A stretch of 64,000 nucleotides of DNA, from the NCBI GenBank assembly GCA_013239625.1, contig MU054323.1, positions 2,294,001 through 2,358,000 of the forward strand, written 5' to 3'. A program made the position numbers and the translations under genes. Every line of letters starts with the position of its first letter. Positions within the stretch are counted from its first letter, which is position 1. The notes beneath the pieces are model-generated. The model searched no databases. It was not told the origin of the DNA and worked only from the letters and a program-made list of their open reading frames with translations. This document shows, piece after piece, positions 1 through 10,020 of this stretch. Source of the stretch: Lama guanicoe. Taxonomy: Eukaryota.

Positions 1-1259
1 TTTTCTTACAAGCACAAACACTCTACAGAATATTTTTCTATTATTTGATGTCAAGGACTACTTTAGTGCCTCACTTCCCTATGGAAGTTGATGATGACAG
101 AGATCTTTATTAACATCAGAAGACTGACACTTCCTTAAGAGGTCTTTGTGGTTTCACGTCTGTGTACACATGATGGAAAATGAATACTGTGTTTACAGAA
201 ACGATGCTTGAGGAAATTATCTTAGTTTGTCTAACTATATCCATAGTGAGAAGGTTAGAAAAAAAAGATGAAAGTCCTTTCCAGTCCTGAGTTTAAGAAT
301 TTTCCTTTCCCCGTTTAATCTTCATCAAATACAAGGATTAAGAGCATAATCTCCTTTATGCTATTTATCATTCTTCAATTTTAACACCTACACAGAAGCA
401 TATAAATTTTCTTTAAATAGAAAATGTTGAGTCCAAAGCCACATTTCAAACTAAGATATTTATTGCTAATTTCACCTGTAAGTATTAATTTAGAAAATGT
501 GTCTGTGTTTGACAAAGAACAGTCAATAGATATCATAGTTCAAAGTATACTGTGACAAAAAGAAAAGAAACCTTTGGATTAAAAAACATACTCAAGGAAA
601 ATACATCTTATAAAAATCTGAACCCACCCCAAATTATTGTCATTATTCACAACAGTTGGTTATTCTCCACTATACAAGATAATTTAGCATTTTGAGAGTG
701 TTAAATTAGACAATATTGGTAATTTGATAAATATTTTCAGAGAGTTTCTCAGAAACCACATTTTAGGAGTATACCTCTATATACACTACCCTATGTCAAA
801 ACTCTAAAATTCTGAGTGAATGGCAAGCGGAAAAACCTCCTCTGGTCCAATGGTATAAGGTGTTGCAAATATGATTTGGCCTATCATTTTTTTCAGTATA
901 TGTGCAAACATTTAATTTTCAGTGAGCTAATAATATTATCACTTTCATTATTTCTAAGTCCATTTTTTATCATATGGTGTGATTGAAGTGTACAGTTTGT
1001 CATATTTATTCTGTATTTTAAATTCCTGACAGTCATTAAAAATCCTCCTAGCAGCGTCCACTAGAAGACTGTGGAGAATCAAACCTGCTTGCAAGTGACT
1101 TTCTAGAGTACCCCCTTCCTTCCTTCTTTCCTTTCTTACTATTTTTAGACAAGTCACTTGACCACATGCCTTCTGTTAATCCCTAGTTTATTCTGTTTTC
1201 TCTAACATATTTTAGCTTTGTCCCCTAAAGTGTGGCACATGTTTCTTTTTCTGTGTCAG

Positions 1260-1620
1260 GACCCAGCAAGCCCAAAGAAACTTTCTGAAATTCTAGCCCC
1301 TTGTGCGGCGCTCCGTTGGGCAGTAATTAGATCATTATGTTGTACACTAACAGATTTAGTGTTTTCATTCCCACAGCAGCCTGCAGGCCCCACCTGTCAG
1401 CTGGGGAGAGACAATCTCATAAACCTGCCAATACTATGATTTAGCTGAATACATGTTTGTTAATAAATCTTTCATCATATTATAATCAAAGAGCTCTTTC
1501 ACTTTATGACCCACCTAATGAAGGATTTGGGGTGTCTGCTCATCAATTTGATGTTTGTAAAGACAAAGCTAACGGGTGTCATTAACTGTGTATTTACCCC
1601 CTTGGCTCAGGTGAAAAGTG
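1260..1620. promoter_or_regulatory. Candidate conserved developmental enhancer
   Basis: Repeat-free block with TAATTA (1324), overlapping CACCTG/TGTCA/CAGCTG (1391-1403), TCATAAA (1417), ATCAAAG (1485) and TTTATGA (1503). Motif-based only. Confidence 0.45.
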
Positions 1621-2100
1621 GAGGGGGAGATGTGGTAAAGGAAATGAGAGAAAATGTTAATTAAAAATAAACATATAGTGTGAGCCACCTACCCGTTACC
1701 TTGGAAAGTTATGGCTTGTGAGAAAAATCAAATGTTTTGACATCTTCTAAAGTCTACTAAGCCACTCGGATCTACAGAAGTTCTTTATCAAACGCTTTCT
1801 TTCAAAAATTTAGCTGCCACTGTTATCATCCAAAGAATTTGATGTGGTTCTCTCCACGTGGAAGTGCAATTATTAATATGGTGTGAATAAAGTTTAGGAC
1901 TTGCTAGGGCTTGGAATCCATGTCAGGGTACAATAATAAAAACTCATACTACCTTTTTAGACATCAATGCTATATGTTTAGATTTCTATTTTATGGTTTA
2001 TTTGCAGTTAAAATTAAAATCAGTGAAAATATTATTATCTTTCTTAAGAACTTGAGGGTAGACATCAATGATTAGAGTCCTGGTTTCTCTTCGATAGATA

Positions 2101-2165
2101 CCACTGAAATGTACCAAAGATTTTAAGGGAATACCCCCACTGAATAACACCAAAGATTTTAATGA
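2101..2165. repeat. Diverged 36-bp tandem duplication
   Basis: ccactgaaatgtaccaaagattttaa at 2101 and ccactgaataacaccaaagattttaa at 2137. Confidence 0.85.
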
Positions 2166-3309
2166 ATAGAAAACAAAATATAAAGGGATATATATCACTT
2201 GGCTAAGACGATCAAGTAGTTCGAAACCTGCTGAAAAACCTTTAAAAGTGAACCCACCAACTGCATGATTAATTTTTTCATGGTGTTCTCTACCCTGTCA
2301 GAGCTATTCTCTCCTGTCCAGTTCTCAGCTGCCTTTGACTGAGATCCAGACAAATAAATTTAGGGAAAGAGACAGTACACTGACCTGGTTTCCTATGTGT
2401 TTCCTTCCAACTCTAGAGCAAGTTATATTTCAGCTCCACCATCAACAAATAGCTCTGAAAACCAAACAGACCACACTGTTGGAAGTCAGGGAGTGAGGTC
2501 AAATAGAAGCCGCAAATGGCTGGATTCAAAGTCTTCTCATCTCCTCTGTGGAAATTTCCAGGCTTCTCATTCATTCTATCAGGATATCCTCTTTGTGTGC
2601 TGTCACCACTGCAATCTTCAGGACTCCACCTGAAGATGACACAGCCGTACCAGGCTGGATGACCTTTTCTGTCCTCTCTGCATTCATTGCTTTCTCTGTA
2701 TCCTTTCCTTTGTGATATTTTCAGCACCAGGAAGTTTCACTCACCTTGACCATTGTTTTCACACATTTGGCTACACACGTGGGGTTGTTGTTTAATTTGA
2801 CTCCAAAGAGATGGACAGGAAGGAAAGCAGACAGTAGAGATATCATCCATTTCCTAACTGAAATCATAACACTCTATTTTCATGACTTTGTCACACTGCA
2901 GGAAAATGCAGGGCATTCGTTTGAAGCAGCATGAACAGTGAGCCTGACATGTTCTCTCTTTGAGCCTCCGTAGACTGAATGTAGACTAACCTTGGTTTAG
3001 GAGGGGATTATTAGCTTCTCTGATGACACATTTTGCTCAGAAACTCCAGATTTAACTCACAATGCATGTATGATTTCCTATGGCTAAAATTTATGAGTTT
3101 GTAAATAGAAAGAGCTGGTTTTTTTGTTTTGTTTTGTTTTACTATTTTTCTAACAGGTCTGCAGAAATAAGGCTGCCTGACTGATGCCTTAACATTGATA
3201 GTGAAACTTAAGCATGTGTATGTGTTGGATTTTGTTGGATTTTGATTTTGAGCAAAAGCCTTGACGCTGGACATATCTAGTTATAAATTTAGGTTTTGCT
3301 ATATACATA

Positions 3310-3470
3310 CTACTGTGTAGGTTTGGGCAAGATAATGAACTTTCCTAAGCCATGGCTTCCTCATTACTAAATTGGAGATGAACAAACTTTAGTTGTAATT
3401 AAATGAGAAAAATGTACATAAAATGCTTAACTCAATGCAAAGCACATAGTACATACTCATTTAAGATAGG
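3310..3470 (+). mobile_element. MIR SINE
   Basis: ttgggcaag, ttcctcatt, attaaatgagaaaaatgtacataaaatgctta and agcacatagta. Confidence 0.75.
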
Positions 3471-4363
3471 TGCTATTCCAATTAATGTCTCTGTTGGTAT
3501 TGGGTTTTCCAGACTTGATGTATTCTTCAGATTACTGCAATATATGTGTAATAAAATTTGCATTCTGGGAATCCATAACCAATTTTGTTTTATTATTATA
3601 TTAATACTTTTCTATTACTTGGTTTCCTTCATATTTCATACATTTTTTAAAAGGACTATCTCATAGGCATTACATAAGATACAGTTTTATATTAATTAAA
3701 GCACTTATTAAAATATTTTCTAGTTTATTTTTCTAAAGATATTCACTTTCTACTTTTGATTTTGTTTTATGGAAATACATATTTCAACAGTTTTCTAAAG
3801 AATCCCTGAACTCTGGGGTGTTTTTTGGTTTATTTTTAAGTGAATGAATGAAAGTAGCACCTTCTAAATAAATATCAACATTTGTCATGTTGTGTTAAAC
3901 ATACAGTTTATATTCAAGAATAACTTTAGGTTGGGGAGCATGACACAGTCTGAGTACATTCACTCCTACTGTATTACTAGTGTTTCCAGGTGAGGGTAAT
4001 TAGCAGACTTAATTTCTTTGTACATTTGTATTTGGGCCAACCATGTGCTTTCTATTGAATGAATTCACCAGTTACATAACTGTTGTGGTCTCAAGAGTCA
4101 CAAGCTATCTTCTATAGCATGTGATAATTCCATAGAACCTTAATTATTTGAGCTTTTCCTCAATCAGTGCTTTTCCTCAAAGTCAAAAAGCATTCTACAT
4201 TGTTCTGTCACCTAAAAGAGGGCTCGAGTCAATTGCTCAAGTCCGTCCTAGTGCTGGTGGCCCGGGAGCCTGCTGCACACCTGGTTTCTGCCATCCAACG
4301 TGGATCCAACATGAGGTAATACTCTAAGGTCTTATTTCAAGACTATCACTTCATGAGAACCTC

Positions 4364-4830
4364 ATTCTCTGGGCTCTCCATCCTGTTTCATTAATCTACG
4401 TGTCTTTTTTATGTGCAAGTACTATGCTGTTTTAATTACTGTAGCTTTGTAATATAGTCTGAAGTCAGGGAGCATCAGGTTTGTTCTTTTTTCTCAAAAT
4501 TGCATTGGTAATTAAGGTATTTTCTTTGATTCCATATAAATTTTTGGATTATTTTTTCTAGTTCTGTGAAAAATGTTATGGGTATATTAATGGTATTGTA
4601 TGACATCTGTAGATTCCTTTTGGTAGTATAGACATTTTAACAATATTAATTCATCCAATTCAAGAACATGAAATATCTATTTCTTTCTATCATCTTCAGT
4701 TTCCCTCATCAATGTTTTATAGTTTTAGGAGTATACATCCTTCACCTCCTCCATTAAGTTTATTCCTAGCTGTTTTATTCTTTTTGATTAAGTTTTTTTT
4801 TTTGCTTTCTCCTTCTGTTAGTTTATTTTT
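4364..4830 (-). mobile_element. L1 ORF2 fragment
   Basis: ttttaattactgtagctttgtaatatagtctgaagtcaggg, ttccatataaatttttggatt, ctagttctgtgaaaaatg and gacattttaacaatattaattc are typical antisense ORF2 sequence. Confidence 0.88.
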
Positions 4831-4839
4831 CCTTAATAT

Positions 4840-5910
4840 ATTCACTTATTTTTCAATTATCGTATATACATAAAGTCGGTTAGAGTTGCTAACCTATACC
4901 TCTGTGGAAAGCAAAGTAAATGTGTGAACAGTTCTTTCTCCCCATCTTTAACTTCATATTATATAACCAAAATAGTGCAGAATTTCTGTTACATGTTAGT
5001 TATTTCTTCCTCACGCTCTTCACTGTGATTATTTCTTTACAATATAACTATGTCTATTTATTGCTATTTTGATTCTATCTTGAATTACCTTTCCCCCATA
5101 TACATTTATCTCACTTGATTGTAATTATTCATTTATTTGGGGGAGAGGCAGGCTAAACATTACAGTGGTTCTAAGAGTCCCAAGCATACAAATGATAAGC
5201 TCAGGTGAGTATCACTTTCTCTTCATCCCTTCTACTCCTTTTTCATTCTTTCCTTCTATCTCATTTCTGTCTACCGTCTACAGGGAGTTAATTTCACTCA
5301 TTTGTGGTTGAAATTTTCTGTATTTCTTTTTGTACAAATTAACAAATATGTGTATATTTTATTACTTCCCGTTCTTCCTTATTTGAAAGATAGAATGCTA
5401 TAGATATTCTTTGTAACTTCATTTTTTTCTGATTTTTTTAAAAAATTGTGCTGTATCATTGCATAGAAATCTTCCCCAGTTTTTCTTACAGTTGTGTAAG
5501 ACAGCATTCTATGACGTGCCATGGTTCAACCAGTCTCCTATAAGATGTGTAAGTTGATTTTAATGTTTTGCAATTATTAGTAATATTGCTCTGAATAAAC
5601 CTATACATGTATCTAAATTATGATCAAACTGATCCATAAGTTTCAAAGACCAGAGAAAGAACTTTTTTAATCATCTGAGATTAAGTTGCTGACATGGTGC
5701 GCCATTCTTCTCTAAACATGTTATTATAAATATATTTAAGTTTCACTAAGAAGCCAAATTCATTCCTTTTAGAAAAAGGATACTGTACAGAACTACACAT
5801 TGATTTTAGTGTTATTCAATGTAGACTTTTTCTTCAACCTTTCCTTAACTAACATGATATTGATTCTTTTGAAGATTACAAGCCATTTATTTTGTAGAAT
5901 GCCTCTAATG
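4840..5910 (-). mobile_element. Patchwork of old L1 (L1MC/MD/ME-like) 3' fragments
   Basis: T-rich decayed sequence with aaccagtctccta, gttgattttaatgttttgcaatta and ttgaagattacaagccatttattttgtagaatgcctc. Subfamily uncertain. Confidence 0.55.
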
Positions 5911-5984
5911 TTGGTTTTGTTAAGCTAGCATTAAACCTGATAGGCATAAACACACAGTTTACAGATTTTTTCCCCTACCTGTAT

Positions 5985-6310
5985 TATAGAATAAGTCTGT
6001 CTATATCTACAAAAAAAAATTGTGGGATTTTGATAGGAATTACATTAAACCTATAAACCAATTTGGGAAGAACTGACATCTTTACTACGTTGAATCTTCC
6101 AGTCCATCAACTTAGCATGTCTCTACATCTATCTAGGTCTTTGATATTTTTTTCCTGAGCATTTAGTGATTTTTGGTGTAGAGATCCTGTCCAAGTTTAA
6201 TAGACAAGTACTTCACTTTCTTTGGAATACTTGTAAATGGTATTATGTGTTTTTGTTTTTGTTTTACCTTTTGACCTCATTCACCCATTCCCCACCCACC
6301 CCCTCCCAGG
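5985..6310 (-). mobile_element. L1 ORF2 fragment followed by a short L1 3'UTR C-rich piece
   Basis: gggattttgataggaattacattaaacctataaaccaatttgggaagaactgacatctt, then ccttttgacctcattcacccattccccacccaccccc. Confidence 0.8.
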
Positions 6311-6719
6311 GATAGGGCTTCTGAGTGACCAAATGTACATTTCTACAGACGACAGATAGCTTTGGTTGAAGCAAATCAAATACGGCTGTAACATATAAGA
6401 CTATCAAAAACTTTATCCCACCTTCCTCTTGTTTCCTTTGTCTATTCTCCAAATAATCTAGAAATCTCAGCATTATTCCATTCAGTCCCTATCCAATTGA
6501 CTTTAAGTGCATAAAGACAACGTAGCTTTGCTCATTCTCTGCCACCAACAGGCTTTGCAACTTTGTGTATTTTTCCTGCGCCCTGGTGTCCTCATCTGTC
6601 AGTCGAGATAATGCTTCTTTCCCTGCCTCCCTCACAGGGATGGAGTGATGATATTGTGAGAGAAAGGCCAGGAACAGGCTATAAAAAACAAAAAGCATCC
6701 TTAAAATGCAACATGAACA

Positions 6720-6965
6720 GATTTCATTCCTGGCAGGAAATATTTTCTGAATTCCTAGATTGGCTAAATGTCCCTTCTCTGTGCTCTCACAGTACCTTTG
6801 CTTACATCTGTTCTACCACTTAGAATATTTTACTGAAATTATCTGTTTGCGTTCATATTTCCACTAGTAGACAATGGACTCCTTAAATCCGGGAGGTATA
6901 GAATGTGGCTCTTTATCACTCCTGCCCTTGGGTTCACAGTAGTATCTGTTTCGCTGCACTAAATT
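6720..6965 (+). mobile_element. L2 3' fragment
   Basis: gtgctctcacagtacctttgcttac, tctgtttgc, ccactagtagac and ctccttaa. Confidence 0.6.
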
Positions 6966-8957
6966 GCATCAGTAGAAGAGCTGTTTTTTTTTCAGAAGCA
7001 GCCTCATCTCCTTGGGTCCTCCGCCTGGGCATCCTTCTGTTATATATGAGGTGACCTTGTCAGGCTCCCTGGTCAGGCGCCATGATGCTGCCTGTTTGCA
7101 TGAAGACATCCACCATAAAATCTGCTTAGGTAGGGAAACCCCTACCTTTCCTCCCAAATGACCCCAACATTTCTGAAACTCCTTAATACCAAGGCTTCAT
7201 CTCATGAAAAGAAATTGGATGAAATTCAAATAGAACCATAAAATGTCAGTGTTTTAAGGGCCTTCAGAGGCTGCTAGTAAATTTTGTTCTGAAAGCAGTT
7301 GTTTCCAGGAGGAAGAGGAAGGCTGTGAGAGAAATAGAAATGATGCTTTGAGGAGGGCAGGCCATGAAAGGGGAGGGTGGAGTCTCTTCATCTTTTAGAG
7401 GTTCTTTTTTTTTTTTTCCCCATTTTGCCAAAAGCCAACCTTTATTCCTTCTCTCCTTTGGGCTTCAGAATACCCTATCCCCAGGCAGGGTATATCTGGG
7501 CCCTTCTGGGATAACTAAAGATCGGTGAGAGGGCACTTCCTCAAAAGGTGACCCCTAGGATTTCATATGCATGTGCATTATAAGAGGGGTTCTTGTTTGG
7601 ATGCTAATGGCCTGGTTTGACTCACATCAGGTCAAGGCTGTAACTGTATTTTGTAAATGCTGAAGGGCTGTTTCAATGTGAGAGACAGCATTAGTGATGG
7701 AGGCTGTGGAAAAGTAAGCGGACCTCTCTCTTCCTAGGGTCACTCCACAAGGCACTGGTGCCTCGGGCTAGAGTTGACTGGGATTCTTGACTCACAGATC
7801 TGGTGAGTCCAGTCTTGGGCCTGGGTAAACCTTTCATGCTTCAGAATTCAATGCCTAGCTCTAGCAGGGTCATGGCAGGCTCCCCCCTCCCCCCCGCAAC
7901 CAGTGACACAGGAAAGGGGTACACCCCAGGGGTCAGAGCAGAATGCTACAAGCGCCCCAAGTGCTTGGCAGAATGCCCAGCATGCATTTCTTTTAACCAG
8001 AGAGAGAAGACAGATCTTTGTGGGAACAAGACTCAGAAACTTGGGAACACACTGGAACTGAGCCAAATGTTGAATCCTGAAAGAAAAAGAGAAACTCCAG
8101 GCATTGGACTGATGTCCCTGGTTGGAACAATTGAGTTACATATACACATGCACGTCTATATATACTCACATGTGTTTATGTATATGTGCATGTATTTATT
8201 TCGTATTTCATAATTTGTAATATTGAGACATATAACAGTTACACTCCAGGAGGTGGATTTAAACAAGGTCTTCAGGAATCCGATGATTTTGCCCAATGAG
8301 CTTTCAACTCTGTCCTTGGAAATCTAAACCGGAAGAGACCTTAGAAATCCACCCTGGCCTTTCCACTCCTATTTTATGGGGAGATGATATGACTTGCTCA
8401 GCATCATATGTAGAGAACCACTGGGAGTTTTTTCCCCTAAATTCAGGCCAGAAAAAGCCTGACCTTCTCCTTTCATTTCGATATGTGGGCCCCTCTGGGT
8501 CATATGGCTGAATGCCCTGTAAGCCTAGCTGGGTACTATGTGTAAGGGCTTTCCTACATGTTCTCTCTGTGTAAGCCCCACCTCCAGGTCTGAGGAGGTA
8601 ACTGTTACCTTCTGCATATTTCAAGGGAATAGGGGGGTCTAGAAAGGTTGAGTGACTTGTCCAAGGTCCCGTGTCTAAGAAATGGAGGGGAGTGCCTCAG
8701 ACCGAAGAGCATCTGCCTCTCAGTCCGTCACAGCTCCTCAAGGGGAAAGGAAAGCAATAAAGAAGCCAGGAGGCCCTGAGTGCTCTGGTCCAGGACTCTT
8801 GCCCCTGGCTGCAGTCACCCTGGACCCGGCAGCATCGTGCAGACATCAGCTGCCCACTCTGTGCTTTTGACCTTGCTGTTTTCTCTTCATGGACTGCCCC
8901 CCCCCAAGGCTCCGGACTTTGCACTCTCCTTGCAGGTTCCCTGTTGTAGTTCAGGTT

Positions 8958-9241
8958 GCTATTCTGGAGGCTGGAGACCCAAGATCCGGATAGCAGTCTC
9001 CGGGTTCTGGTGGAGGCCCTCTTCTGGGTTGCAGATAACCAATTTCTTGCTGTGTCCTCATGTGGTGAGAGGGGTGAGGGATCGCTCTGAAACCTCTTTT
9101 ATAAGATTACTAATCCCATCAAGAGAGCTCTGCCTCATGACCTAATCACCTTCCAGAGACCCCCATCTCCTGATACTGTCACCTGAGGGGGTAGGATTTC
9201 AGCATATGAATTTAGGGGACAGAAGCATTCAGACTATAGCA
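8958..9241 (-). mobile_element. MLT1A/MLT1A0 (ERVL-MaLR) solo LTR, partial
   Basis: ttctggaggctgg, gctgtgtcctca, ctcatgacctaatcacct and ggatttcagcatatgaatttaggggac, ending cattcagactatagca (reverse complement of the LTR start tgctat...). Confidence 0.9.
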
Positions 9242-9779
9242 CACTTCTTTCTTGGGAGAGCAACTGCCTCTGTCTTCAAGCTTCTTCTAGGGGCTGGTTT
9301 GTACCTCTGTTTCTGCAGATCTGAGCCAGGCTGCGCTAGGATCATCTGTTCATCTGGACTAAGGCCGGACTAGTGTGCACATCTTCATGGATGCTTTTCA
9401 GAAGGCCTGGTGCATCATGGAGTTCAATGCACACTTGCTGAACAAATATAATATGAACAGTAGTCCAGGAACATTAGTTCTTTGGAGTCTGTGAGACACG
9501 ACTACATAGTACCTTTACAGAGTGACTGTTCCCAGAGTGTTCCATCACGCAAGGTCTCTTTCTAGTTACATTGTCCTCAGCAAGTTACATCTGTCATTCT
9601 AGAACCGAGTTCTCCTGGTCCTCAGTCACTCTGCTCCTCCACTGACTCTGCTGGCTAGGACTATCAAAGGGGAAAAATATTTTGATAGAAAAAGGGTCAA
9701 ATGTTTGGAATAGAAAAATGTTTCAACAAGGAGAAATCGAGACAGATAGGATAAATGGCATCTTGAGAGCTCATATAAT

Positions 9780-10020
9780 GGTTCCTTCGCAGCTAAAACC
9801 CTGACGATAAACCTCACGTGTGTGGCAAGCGGTCTGAATGGATAGAAAAACCACGGTGTGGGGCTGTTTTTGTTGGTTTTTGTGGCTGTGTTCACACAGG
9901 AGGCTATAAATCTGACAACGTGCGGCACTCTGGAGTGAGAGTGAGAGCGAGACCTGAGGGCTGGAGGTGGAGAGATGGTTCTTCCAGCTCCACTTAAGTG
10001 CCCTTTGATCTGGGAGTGGA
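9780..10020. promoter_or_regulatory. Candidate enhancer or promoter-like element
   Basis: Local CpG retention, GATAA (9806), CACGTG (9815), TATAAAT (9905), ACGTG (9918) and CCTTTGATC (10002). Confidence 0.35.

Noticed and set aside
2101..2165. CRISPR-like repeat-spacer pattern
   Set aside because: Only two degenerate units with no unique spacers or cas genes, in a mammalian context.
2745..2857. Possible minus-strand exon ending at AAG|GTGAGT
   Set aside because: Good donor but weak acceptor; the peptide RKWMISLLSAFLPVHLFGVKLNNNPTCVAK is unrecognised.
3930..3989. Possible 60-nt plus-strand exon (ttag|...cag|gtgagg)
   Set aside because: Weak polypyrimidine tract, unrecognised peptide and no partner exons.
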